Below, piece by piece: positions 39,904 to 49,591 of a DNA stretch of 64,000 nt. The notes beneath the pieces are model-generated. The model did no database searches. It saw nothing but the letters and a program-made list of their open reading frames with translations, and was not told the origin of the DNA. Source of the DNA: Gammaproteobacteria bacterium. Its GTDB lineage: Bacteria > Pseudomonadota > Gammaproteobacteria > JBCCGL01. The translations under genes and the position numbers were made by a program. Numbering within the stretch: position 1 is the stretch's first letter; each line of letters begins with the position of its first letter. The stretch covers positions 1,792,001 through 1,856,000 of the forward strand of contig OZ255836.1 of the NCBI GenBank assembly GCA_965277715.1, read 5' to 3'.

Positions 39904-40311
39904 TCACTGGTTGGACGCATCAGGCACTGCATTGCTGACGAAGTGGAACCTACCGCTTTCCACGACACCGACAGGCTCACCACGTGCAGCGCGTTGTGCT
40001 TCGCTTCTACCATCATTGAGAGGCTGTTTGACGGTGTGTGCAATTTCCACGCCGGGTAGCGGTGCACTGATTTGGTAAGTGTAGGTGCCCTCGGTTAGCG
40101 GTTCATCCACAAATATCAGGAGTGAGTCGGTCTGGAGGTAAAACCCGTTAGGGCCGGTGATAGTCAATTGCCGAACGTCAGGGTGATCGGTCTCGAACTG
40201 GATGCTGTAGTCATCTGTGGTGACAATGGTTTCGGCGTAAACCTGGGCTGGCGTTATCAGGGTGCAAGCCAACAGGGTTAAAAAGGAAGCAGCGCTAACA
40301 TGTATATTCAT
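39904..40311 (-). CDS. Small secreted beta-rich protein
   Basis: Signal peptide (..AQVYA|E), LTITGPNG, EGTYTYQI and ESGRF; co-oriented with its neighbours. Confidence 0.7.
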   Translation of the reverse strand: MNIHVSAASFLTLLACTLITPAQVYAETIVTTDDYSIQFETDHPDVRQLTITGPNGFYLQTDSLLIFVDEPLTEGTYTYQISAPLPGVEIAHTVKQPLNDGRSEAQRAARGEPVGVVESGRFHFVSNAVPDASNQ

Positions 40312-40458
40312 GGTGATAACCTACCTAATATTTAAGTTGACTTAGTTGAGTATAGCTAGAAAAACAAGCTGTACACTGAATGTGTAAATATTTTTGTTAC
40401 GCATTTTGATACGGTTCAAAGTGACGCTTATACAAATGTTGAGGGTAATAAGTTATTG

Positions 40459-42384
40459 CTACTTTTCAAAACGTTGTAGAAATAACCCCACCATTATGCC
40501 TTTGAGTAAGACAGTGCCCGCCTGGTTAGTCAGTAACGGATTGATGTCAGTCAGTGTATGTTTGAATACAGTTTCCATGTACGGTAGATCTAAATATTCC
40601 TGGGCCAGGTCTGATTGCTGTAATTGCTTTAGGCTGTCTCGTATTGCACTGCTGCTATGGCGTATTCGCATAATAATATCGGCGGCCTGTTTACCTTTCT
40701 GCTTATTCCATAAAAAACTATCGGGCATCAGGCCAGCCATGCCCCTTCGGATCAGCATTTTTTCCTGGCCACGCTGTGTGTATTGGTTCTCTGGAATACC
40801 AAAACAATACTCAATGATACGTTTGTCTGCGGTGGGGTCGCGAATCTCCACATCGTAGTGGGCGCCGAGTTCTGACCAAAAGGCGCCTGCGGCGTTGCCA
40901 GGGGCGAGCATGATGGATCGATACTCAGGATTGTGCTGCGATAGCAGCATCCGCTCTCCGTCAATCAACCGGTCTTTAATGCCTAAGGTAATCGCTACTT
41001 TTGGGTTTATTGCAGAGAACGCCATCCAGTTTTTATAGCCGCCGGTGATTAGTCGGTATTGCCGTGCCCAGGATAAGGGTAAAAGCGGGGAAATAACTTG
41101 GTTTTTCAATGTGGATATCCATGATTGTTTATTACATTTTTTCCATTTTATAACTTCCATTCGATAGGTTTCCCAGTTTCCCGTCTGGCGTAAACGTTTA
41201 AGCAGCTGCGCTCTGTTTCCGTTCCAGGACACAGTGGCATTGCCAAACTGTCCGGTCAATAGGGTGCCAATCCCCGCTTCTTTAAGCTTCTGTAAAATGG
41301 CAAGTATCCAGTACATATTGACCGCTGCATGCTCTGGCTCTTCTCGGATATGCAGTGTGGATGCCAGGCCAGCCAATGGAGTGGTTTCTGCCGCATCGAC
41401 ATAGTGAATATCCACTCCTTTCAGGTAGGGTTCCAACATGTGGATAAAAGCCTTTTCATCACCAAATTGGTGCGGATAAACACCGCCACGGGTGTCATAG
41501 AGCGGAATAGCGCTGTAGGCGGCTATTCTTTCGCTTGATTGTATGCCTTCATGGTTGGCCAGGGCTGTCACCGAGCTGGAGTCCAGGCCACCACTCAACG
41601 TGGTTGCCACGGGTTTTTTGCTGTGCAACCTGCACCTGACAGCCTCTGAGTAAATATCTCTAAATGCTTCTACATATTCTTCATCGGTATTAAAACGCAC
41701 ATCGGGTGCATCCATTGGGTTCCAGTACCTGCTTAGCTGGTGGCTTGTACGGGAAACGTTTAAACAATGGGCGGGCGGCAGGCGAGAAATATTTTGGTAG
41801 CATGTTTGGCCGTTATCGTCATCAACGTGGATCGTCACCAATAGGCGAGATAACATGTCCCTATTAGGGGCGATTGAAACAGCGGGTATTTTTAACAGTC
41901 CTTTTATCGATGATGAAAAACAGAAAAAATCGGCCCCCAGGTAATAGTAGAGACCTGTATTGCCAAAGTGATCGCGTGCAATAAACAGTGTTTGTTTATG
42001 TTTATCCCATACGGCGAATACCCAGTCACCCAAAAGGTACAATGGGCACCTGTCGCCCCATTTTAAATAAGCCTGAATCACTAAATAGCCATCAGTGACT
42101 GACACTCTATCCTGGGTTGGAATGGCCAGCTGCTGAAAAAGTGCGCTACGGTTATCCAGTCGAAAATGACCAATTAGCGTAAGCTGTTCAGTTTTATACG
42201 GGAGTCGTTCGTTGACTGATTCCGGTGTGTTATGGCGCAGACAGAAACCCATGCGCATATTGCCATCATGTGAAAAACCACTACCTTCTTTTCCCCAATA
42301 CGAGAGTGAGTGTTCTACCGCTTTCAACGGATCTGGAGAAGGATATTGACGCGCCCTTTGGAAATACCCAAATAGTGCTGACAT
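40459..42384 (-). CDS. Asparagine-synthetase-like lasso peptide cyclase (C protein)
   Basis: AsnB fold (RLDNR, LGDW.FA.WD, ARD.FG, LSGGLDSS, LLTGQ.G, RDPT.D.R..E.C...P) but begins MSALFG with no catalytic Cys1; lies directly downstream of a lasso precursor. Confidence 0.85.
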   Translation of the reverse strand: MSALFGYFQRARQYPSPDPLKAVEHSLSYWGKEGSGFSHDGNMRMGFCLRHNTPESVNERLPYKTEQLTLIGHFRLDNRSALFQQLAIPTQDRVSVTDGYLVIQAYLKWGDRCPLYLLGDWVFAVWDKHKQTLFIARDHFGNTGLYYYLGADFFCFSSSIKGLLKIPAVSIAPNRDMLSRLLVTIHVDDDNGQTCYQNISRLPPAHCLNVSRTSHQLSRYWNPMDAPDVRFNTDEEYVEAFRDIYSEAVRCRLHSKKPVATTLSGGLDSSSVTALANHEGIQSSERIAAYSAIPLYDTRGGVYPHQFGDEKAFIHMLEPYLKGVDIHYVDAAETTPLAGLASTLHIREEPEHAAVNMYWILAILQKLKEAGIGTLLTGQFGNATVSWNGNRAQLLKRLRQTGNWETYRMEVIKWKKCNKQSWISTLKNQVISPLLPLSWARQYRLITGGYKNWMAFSAINPKVAITLGIKDRLIDGERMLLSQHNPEYRSIMLAPGNAAGAFWSELGAHYDVEIRDPTADKRIIEYCFGIPENQYTQRGQEKMLIRRGMAGLMPDSFLWNKQKGKQAADIIMRIRHSSSAIRDSLKQLQQSDLAQEYLDLPYMETVFKHTLTDINPLLTNQAGTVLLKGIMVGLFLQRFEK

Positions 42385-42467
42385 CTACAAGACAAATAAT
42401 ACGTATAGCACCAAGCCTGCGCTCAACTTTAGTGCATCAGGCAAAGTACAAATCAGCTGAGTACCTT

Positions 42468-42492
42468 GCCCGTTCGTTGTTATTGAACGGGC
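42468..42492 (-). promoter_or_regulatory. Stem-loop between the lasso precursor and the cyclase
   Basis: GCCCGTTC-N9-GAACGGGC, 16 nt after the precursor stop; no U-tract. Confidence 0.5.
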
Positions 42493-42508
42493 CAACAAAA
42501 TTGCGGAA

Positions 42509-42673
42509 TTAGCTGAGAAAACCACCATCCAGCCCACCTCCTGGCGTCGCTAAAGTGATTTGGTTTATATTGCCTAAATCCCTCAGTAAAGGGGAGTGGT
42601 ATTCTTTTTTTGTGGTTTTTTCAGCGCTGGAATCGGTTGAGGGGGTATTTTCATCAATATCTTGCTTCATCAT
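42509..42673 (-). CDS. Lasso peptide precursor (A), 54 aa, not in the ORF track
   Basis: MMKQDIDENTPSTDSSAEKTTKKEYHSPLLRDLGNINQITL|ATPGGGLDGGFLS*. It has the YxxPxL..G.....T leader, Thr at -2 and Asp at core position 8; SD AAGAGG upstream. Confidence 0.88.
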   Translation of the reverse strand: MMKQDIDENTPSTDSSAEKTTKKEYHSPLLRDLGNINQITLATPGGGLDGGFLS

Positions 42674-42952
42674 AGTGCCTCTTACATAGGGGGTTTAGTC
42701 GTTTAGTAATCTTTCAATGTAAGTAAATAAACAAAGCTTATTATCTACACACAGAGTGGTTGCAATTAAGGATAGTATATTCTTTGAAAATAGTGCTCTA
42801 GCTCTAGCTTTATTGGGTACTTTTAGTGCCAATATGGAAGCTGCTGAAGCATACCAGAAGCAGTGTCGTTTTAAATATTTTTTGCTCGCTTTGGCAATGT
42901 GCCGCATTAATCGGTTCTAAGTTCTGCGTCCGGTTGAGTGAGTGTGGTTCCA

Positions 42953-45900
42953 TCATTCATTTAGCCAAGCCGAAGGTTTGCGCCACACCCGGACCATAAA
43001 AATGAGCAGTAAACCTAGCAACAGGTTGTCGATCACGGTGTAACTGCCACCACCACCCGCTTGGGTGACGGCAGGTTGGTTGGCTGCAATGGTTACGCTG
43101 GCGCCGGTAATGGTGGTGGTACTGGCACCATCATTAACCAGCGCACTCAGGGTCAGCGTGCCGGTCGTTGTACCTGCCGTTACCTGGGCGGTGTAGCGGC
43201 CATTACCGTTATCGGTTGTGGCTGTTATTGTGGTGTCTGCCACGCCGGTACCACTAATGGTTACTGTGGCGCCCAGCACCGGGTTGCTGCCGGCATCCAC
43301 CAGGTTCAAGGTTACTTGCGTGCTGCTGCTGCCGTCGGCGGGCAGTGATGTGATGCTGGAGGATAGCGTGCTTAAAGCCACATTGAGTACCCGGCTGGTA
43401 ACGCCACCTGGGTCGGTAATAACATTATTCGCCTCACCATCGGCATCGTTGGGGCCGCCATCGGTGATCGTTAGGCGTATGCAGCTATCGCCCTGCGTGA
43501 GCGCTGTCCGCCAACGGGTATCGGCCTGCCCAGGGCACAGGCCATTGGCCAGGCGCGCTGCAGATACCACGGTGTCTGTCATGCCGTTGGCATTGACGGT
43601 ACTTTGGTCAAAATCGACCCAATTGACCCGCGCTGGAAAGTTTGGCAGGCGGGTAGCCAGGTATTTGCGGTAAATGGGGTTAACCGGGATAGCGTTTGAC
43701 AGCGGAATGACGACATTGACCTGCTGACCCGTAGTGGGTAGGTTCAGGACTTCAAAATCGACGATGGCGGTTGGGTGCGATAGGCTGTCGGCGGGTAGTA
43801 TCACTGTGCCGCTGCTATCCACTGAGCCTTCGGTGACTGTTGCGTCAAAACGATTTGCCAGGCCGACAATTGCCGAGGCGGCAATTGTGCCCAGGCGCAG
43901 TGTAAGGCCGGGTTCGGTGGTGATAATTTCGCTGGTGTTAACTGCGTTGACGACGGGCAGAAAGCGGGCGTTGTTATTCTGTACATCAATAAAGCCGGGA
44001 ATCCGGTCACCATCCGGGTCCGCCAGGCCAGCCATGATATCCGGTATGCCATCATTATTGCTATCGGCAGTGGGGTTGTTTGAAAATAAGCTACTAGGCT
44101 CGACTATCAGCGCGCTACGACCACTGGCGCTATTGGTGCCATCGCTGACCTGTACCCGCAATTCGTAGAGACCGGCGGTAGGTACCGCGAGGGTGAAACT
44201 ATCGGTAGTGCCTGGTGGCACGGTGACGGCAGTGGTCGCGCTCCAGTCATAGCTTATGGTGTCTCCACTATTGCCATCGGTTACCACGGCAGTCAATGTC
44301 AGTATGCTGCTACCGGCAATAACATTGGAGACGGTCTGGCCATTCTGACTAATGCGAATAGTAACGGTGGGGGCGATATTGCCGGAGACTACCTGGATCG
44401 TCTGGGATACCTCGCCGCTGGCGATGACCCGGTCGGTTGTAGGGTTGATCGCGCTTATATTTTGCGCAAAGGGGGCCGCACCCGTATTCAGGCTAACTGA
44501 CAAGCTGCCGGGGTTGGCACCGGCGGTAAAAGAGGTGGTGCCGCTAATCGACCCGGCTGCCAGTGTGATGGTGCCGTTGCTGGTGGCGCTGCCGCTGGTA
44601 TCGGTACTGACCGTAAACGGTACGGTGATAGCGGTGCCGGTGTCGACGGGGTTACCGTTGAGCTGAGCGTTGATGTCGATGGTAGAACCTGTGCCAACTG
44701 TCGGGTTGGTGGCGGAAACAGATACCAGCGGCACGATATTGACTGTTTGTTGTGCAGCACCACCAGCGGGCCAGTTTCCGGTACTGTCGAGGGCCAGCCA
44801 CCAGAGGTCATTGGCGCCGGGGTAGAGCAATAGATCACCACTGCTGTTAACGAGGACTGATGTGCAAACGCTGGCAAAATTGGCGGGTAGAATGCTGCCC
44901 GTGCAGGCACCGCGGCGGTAGTAGGCAGTGCGCGAGGTGTTGTTGCTTGCGGTGACGCCGTGCGGGGCGGCAGTGACAATCGCGACTGAGGCCAGTGTCA
45001 GTGGTGTGGTGAGTGTGATAACGGGGCGGGTACTGCCAATAAAATCGACGGACCCCAGGTCTAACGGGTCGACGCCCAGTCGTACATCCACTACATCAGG
45101 TATGCCATTGGCATTGGCGTCGGTGCTGTTGTTGACACTGTTAGTGGTGCCGCTGAGGTAGCGTTCGACAGCATCTGTGATGCCGTCATTGTCTGTGTCT
45201 GTGGTGGTTGCAGTAGACGCTGTATCCAGGTTGTCAGACAGGCCATCGCCGTCGGTGTCTTCGCCCGCGTTGCCCAGTACCACCTCGATATTGGTGGTGA
45301 TCGAGGCCTGGTTGCCGTTACCAGTGGTATCTTCGGCCAGATTGGCGGCGATACCGATACTGGCTGTACCGGCGCTACCCACAGTAATGTTCACGGTATA
45401 ACTGTTATTGCTACCGGAAAAATTATTCAGCGTGGCATTACTGACACTAATATCGCTTGCATCAAACCCAACGACACCTTCACTGAAGGTAATCGTGGCC
45501 ATCACTGTACCAGACGCGATAATACGTGCGCTGTTGGTGGCGATTGATACGCTGGGACGGGTAATGTCGTAGTTGATGCTGCGTTGAGTGGCCGCTGTGT
45601 TGCCATTACCGGCAACATCCTGAGCGACAGCGGCGGCGACATCGAGTGTAACCGTGCCCTCGGTCGTGGGGGTAATGTCTGCTGTGTAGGTCGTGTTACT
45701 GCCCGCAAAGTTAGCGACTGTGGCGTTGCCCGCATTGATGTCACTCAGCGCAAACCCGGTGACGTTTTCGGTAAAGGTAAACGTGGCGGTAAATGTGGTA
45801 TTGACGTCACTACTGGGGGTGGTAATGGTCACGCCGGGATTGGTAATGTCGTAGTTCATGCTGCGTTGAGTGGCCGCTGTGTTGCCATTACCGGCAACAT

Positions 45901-48900
45901 CTTGAGCGACGGCGGCGGCGACATCGAGTGTAACCGTGCCCTCGGTTGTGGGGGTAATGTCTGCTGTGTAGGTCGTGTTACTGCCCGCAAAGTTAGCGAC
46001 TGTGGCGTTGCCCGCATTGATGTCACTCAGCGCAAACCCGGTGACGTTTTCGGTAAAGGTAAACGTGGCGGTAAATGTGGTATTGACGTCACTACTGGGG
46101 GTGGTAATGGTCACGCCGGGATTGGTAATGTCGTAGTTCATGCTGCGTTGGGTGGCCGCTGTGTTGCCATTACCGGCAACATCTTGAGCGACGGCGGCGG
46201 CGACATCGAGTGTAACCGTGCCCTCGGTCGTGGGGGTAATGTCTGCTGTGTAGGTCGTGTTACTGCCCGCAAAGTTAGTGACTGTGGCGTTGCCCGCATT
46301 GATGTCACTCAGCGCAAACCCGGTGACGTTTTCGGTAAAGGTAAACGTGGCGGTAAACGCGGTATTGACGTTGCTGCTGGGGGTTGTGATGGTAACGCCA
46401 GGGGCGGTGTTATCGACCGAGAAGGCTGTGCCAGTGGCCGTGCCAGCAGAAATATTGCTGCTGCTGCGCGCCGTATTGGCGGCTATCCCGATGCCTAGCG
46501 TACCGTTACCGGAGATGCCACTGATAGTCACCGTGGGTGTGGCAGTGGTGCCATTTTGTACCGACACAGTACCGCTGGCGCCGCCGGTTGTCACCAGGTT
46601 GATAGCCGATACCTGCAAATTGACATCTAATGCATTGGTATAGGTCAACTGGTACGTCACTGGCCCGCCATTGGTTAGCGAGGCACTTGGATTGCCGACA
46701 CTAATGGTGGGAGTTTGTAAGGGGTTTGATACGACCAGATTATCACTGGCGGCGGGGCCTGTGATAGCTAGGCTGTTGATGGTGCCAGTGATACCGCTGG
46801 TGGTATTGGTTGCGGTAACGCCTGCGCTGTTAGCAGGTACTGTCAGGGTGGCGTTAAACGTACAGGAAGCACTGGCAGCCAGGCTGCCACCAGTAAATGT
46901 TAGGGTGTCCGTACCACTGAGTGAGGAACCTGTACCACAGATATTATTTATTGGCAGGCCACTAGCGACCAGCCCGGTTATCGCTGCGCCCAGATTGTTG
47001 GTGAAGGCGATATTGCTGGCAGCGCTACTGGTATTCAGGTTGCTCAGGGTAAATGCCAGTGTGACTGGGGTGCCTGCTGTCACAGGGTCATCGGTAAAGG
47101 TGGCGCTGAGTGATAACAGTGCTGAATTGACGGTCAGTTGTGCCGTGGCGGGAGGGAGTGACAGGTTGCTACTGCCTACCATGGCAGATAGATTGCCGGT
47201 GGTACTGGCATAGGTGGTAGAGGCCGCTCCCGCCGGTACTCGCACAGTCACATCAAAGCTGCAGGTTTCCCCAGCTAACAAATTACCACCGCTAAATATC
47301 AGGGGAGTTGTTCCAACAATAAGAGAGCCACTACCACAGGGGGTGGTGGGTAACGGTGCAACGACTGTGAGGCCACTGACCACTGTGTTAAGGCTATGGC
47401 TAAATACCATCCCGGTAGCGGCCAGTGTCGACTGGCTATTGTTGATAGTATAGCGCAGGGTTGTGGTATCACCGGGTATCACCGGGCTGTTGAGAAATGT
47501 TTTGCTGAATACCAGTGCGGCGATATCCAGAGTATCCTGTGCAGGGTTGCCACTGACGGCAATGCCGCTGGCTGTTGCGGTAATATTGCTGGTGGTATTG
47601 GTGAAGCTGCCACTGACAGCGGCAGCAGGCACGTTAAGTGTGATGGAAAAAGTACAGCTTGCGCCAGGCGCGAGAGATCCCGCTGTAAAGTTCAGTGTAG
47701 TGGTGCCACTAATTGAAGAGCCTGTACCACAAATATTGTTCATTGGCAGGCCGCTGGCCTCCAGGCCTGCGAGTGTCGTCGATAAGTTGTTGCTAAAGGT
47801 AATTGCGGTGGCACTGGTAGGTGCCTGAGCGCTGTGGCTGATAGTGTACTGGAGGGTCGCGGTGGCGCCGGGCAATACGGGATCGTTGATGAACAACCCG
47901 GTGAGTGTTGGCGCGCCCACTACGGTTAAAGCGGCGCTGGTAGTGCCGCCGGTTTGGCTATTGCCAGTAACGGTTGCGGTCAGCGTTTCGGTCGTTAGAG
48001 TAAACGTACCGGCAGCGGCGCCCAGTGGTACAGTCAGGCCGACATTAAAGGTACAGTTTGTACCCGCAGCCAACTCACCGTTGGCAATTCCTAGAGTAAT
48101 ATTGCCGTTGACGGTCGTAGTAGTGGCGTTGGAACTGCTGCCACAAAATCCAATGGTGGGTAAGGCGCTGGCTGTAACGCCGTTTATAAAGCTATCAAGG
48201 TTGGTGGTAAAGGCAATATTGCTGGTAGTACTCGTGCTGTTGCTGCTTATCGTAAACTCCAACATCGTTGTGCCACCACCACTCACCGGGCTGTTCAGAA
48301 AGCGGGCACTGATACTCGGTGCGCTACTGACGGTCAGCGAATCGCGGGATGGGCTACCCACAAAAGAGCTGCCGCCAATACTCGCGCTCAGTGCGCTGGT
48401 GGTATTAACATGGTTGCCAGTGGCGGCGCCAGCGGGCACTTGCAACGTGACATTGAAGGTACAGCTACCACCATTGGCGGCCAGGCTGCCATTTGACAGG
48501 GTGAGTGTACTGCTGCCAGACAGGGTCGAACCCGATCCGCAGATATCACCCGCTGGTAACCCGGTGGCCACCAACCCTGAGAGAACGGTGCTTAGATTGT
48601 CGGTAAAGGTGATACTGGTGGCGTTGGCATTTCTGTCGTTATTTGTCAGTGTGAATGACAGTACAACGGTGCCCCCGGCAGGTGTTGGGTCATTGGTAAA
48701 GTCCTGGGTAAAAACAATTGTTTCGGTGTTGACTGTCAATATTGCGCCTGCCATGCCGCTGGAAACGGGAGCAAAACCGCTTGCACTGCTGGCAGCATTC
48801 AATGCACCGCTCACGTTATTCAGTGTACCTGTCGATGTTGCGCGCACATCGACACTCACTGTGCAGGTGGCGCCCGCATTCACTGCACCGCCTGTAAAAC

Positions 48901-49591
48901 TAATTGAGTTTGAACCGGGCAACGCAGTAACCCCACCCGGGCTGCAGCTAGTCGATGCATTGGAGGGGCTGGCGATCTCCATACCCGCTGGTAATGTGTC
49001 ACTAAATGAGGCAGAAAAAACCTGCACCGTATTGGCACTGTTGTCGATGGTAAAGGTCAGTGTGCTACGGGCGCCCAGTGTCACCGTGGCGGGTGAAAAG
49101 TGTTTACTGAAGCCTGGTCTTGCGGCATTCACAATAAGATTATCCGTGGCGGTACCACTGTTACCTGCGCTGGAGGTGAGGTTTCCGGTGGTATTGGTGT
49201 GGGTGCCTGCTACGGCACTGGTCACATTGACACTGATAGTACAGGTATTATTGGCCGCGAGGCGGCCATTGCTCAGGGTGATGGTGCTACCACCGTTCGG
49301 CGCGCTGATCGTTGTGTCGAGGCAGGTGGTTGCGACGGCGGCAGGGGTGGCAATGGTAACACCTGCTGGCAATGTATCGGTAAACGCCAGACTGGTGGCG
49401 GCATTGGAGGAGGCGCTGTTATTGATGGTAAAGATCAGCGGAGTCAAACCGCCAGGGCCAATCGTATCTGGCGAGAAGGTTTTGCTGAAAACCGGCGCAA
49501 TGGCGCTGGCGGTGGATGAGAAACACACTACAATCGCGGCCAGTAGCAACGTTTGCAAATGTTTATTGGTTCGTTTAGATAAAAAGTTCAT
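42953..49591 (-). CDS. Giant secreted Ig-like repeat surface protein/adhesin with GlyGly-CTERM
   Basis: Signal peptide; about 7 DUF11-like repeats (F.K.F....V..G....L.FTI.N); three near-identical Ig repeats; DxDxDG Ca-binding loops; a choice-of-anchor-U-like block (LTITDGGPNDADG..N..I.DPGG); an invasin-type Ig; and a GGGGS + TM + RVWRK tail. The track start is 49699. Confidence 0.88.
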   Translation of the reverse strand: MNFLSKRTNKHLQTLLLAAIVVCFSSTASAIAPVFSKTFSPDTIGPGGLTPLIFTINNSASSNAATSLAFTDTLPAGVTIATPAAVATTCLDTTISAPNGGSTITLSNGRLAANNTCTISVNVTSAVAGTHTNTTGNLTSSAGNSGTATDNLIVNAARPGFSKHFSPATVTLGARSTLTFTIDNSANTVQVFSASFSDTLPAGMEIASPSNASTSCSPGGVTALPGSNSISFTGGAVNAGATCTVSVDVRATSTGTLNNVSGALNAASSASGFAPVSSGMAGAILTVNTETIVFTQDFTNDPTPAGGTVVLSFTLTNNDRNANATSITFTDNLSTVLSGLVATGLPAGDICGSGSTLSGSSTLTLSNGSLAANGGSCTFNVTLQVPAGAATGNHVNTTSALSASIGGSSFVGSPSRDSLTVSSAPSISARFLNSPVSGGGTTMLEFTISSNSTSTTSNIAFTTNLDSFINGVTASALPTIGFCGSSSNATTTTVNGNITLGIANGELAAGTNCTFNVGLTVPLGAAAGTFTLTTETLTATVTGNSQTGGTTSAALTVVGAPTLTGLFINDPVLPGATATLQYTISHSAQAPTSATAITFSNNLSTTLAGLEASGLPMNNICGTGSSISGTTTLNFTAGSLAPGASCTFSITLNVPAAAVSGSFTNTTSNITATASGIAVSGNPAQDTLDIAALVFSKTFLNSPVIPGDTTTLRYTINNSQSTLAATGMVFSHSLNTVVSGLTVVAPLPTTPCGSGSLIVGTTPLIFSGGNLLAGETCSFDVTVRVPAGAASTTYASTTGNLSAMVGSSNLSLPPATAQLTVNSALLSLSATFTDDPVTAGTPVTLAFTLSNLNTSSAASNIAFTNNLGAAITGLVASGLPINNICGTGSSLSGTDTLTFTGGSLAASASCTFNATLTVPANSAGVTATNTTSGITGTINSLAITGPAASDNLVVSNPLQTPTISVGNPSASLTNGGPVTYQLTYTNALDVNLQVSAINLVTTGGASGTVSVQNGTTATPTVTISGISGNGTLGIGIAANTARSSSNISAGTATGTAFSVDNTAPGVTITTPSSNVNTAFTATFTFTENVTGFALSDINAGNATVTNFAGSNTTYTADITPTTEGTVTLDVAAAVAQDVAGNGNTAATQRSMNYDITNPGVTITTPSSDVNTTFTATFTFTENVTGFALSDINAGNATVANFAGSNTTYTADITPTTEGTVTLDVAAAVAQDVAGNGNTAATQRSMNYDITNPGVTITTPSSDVNTTFTATFTFTENVTGFALSDINAGNATVANFAGSNTTYTADITPTTEGTVTLDVAAAVAQDVAGNGNTAATQRSINYDITRPSVSIATNSARIIASGTVMATITFSEGVVGFDASDISVSNATLNNFSGSNNSYTVNITVGSAGTASIGIAANLAEDTTGNGNQASITTNIEVVLGNAGEDTDGDGLSDNLDTASTATTTDTDNDGITDAVERYLSGTTNSVNNSTDANANGIPDVVDVRLGVDPLDLGSVDFIGSTRPVITLTTPLTLASVAIVTAAPHGVTASNNTSRTAYYRRGACTGSILPANFASVCTSVLVNSSGDLLLYPGANDLWWLALDSTGNWPAGGAAQQTVNIVPLVSVSATNPTVGTGSTIDINAQLNGNPVDTGTAITVPFTVSTDTSGSATSNGTITLAAGSISGTTSFTAGANPGSLSVSLNTGAAPFAQNISAINPTTDRVIASGEVSQTIQVVSGNIAPTVTIRISQNGQTVSNVIAGSSILTLTAVVTDGNSGDTISYDWSATTAVTVPPGTTDSFTLAVPTAGLYELRVQVSDGTNSASGRSALIVEPSSLFSNNPTADSNNDGIPDIMAGLADPDGDRIPGFIDVQNNNARFLPVVNAVNTSEIITTEPGLTLRLGTIAASAIVGLANRFDATVTEGSVDSSGTVILPADSLSHPTAIVDFEVLNLPTTGQQVNVVIPLSNAIPVNPIYRKYLATRLPNFPARVNWVDFDQSTVNANGMTDTVVSAARLANGLCPGQADTRWRTALTQGDSCIRLTITDGGPNDADGEANNVITDPGGVTSRVLNVALSTLSSSITSLPADGSSSTQVTLNLVDAGSNPVLGATVTISGTGVADTTITATTDNGNGRYTAQVTAGTTTGTLTLSALVNDGASTTTITGASVTIAANQPAVTQAGGGGSYTVIDNLLLGLLLIFMVRVWRKPSAWLNE
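45561..46400. repeat. Three near-identical 282-bp tandem repeats (94-aa Ig domains)
   Basis: GTAATGTCGTAGTT recurs at 45561, 45843 and 46125; the copies differ by only a few nucleotides. Confidence 0.93.

Noticed and set aside
40459-42384. Ordinary asparagine synthetase AsnB
   Set aside because: It lacks the N-terminal catalytic Cys and sits beside a lasso precursor.
42695-42907. 70-aa ORF as the missing lasso B1/RRE or a second precursor
   Set aside because: No PqqD-like pattern or YxxP leader; it looks like AT-rich promoter DNA.
45561-46400. CRISPR array
   Set aside because: The repeats are 282-bp coding units with no spacers, and there are no cas genes in the window.
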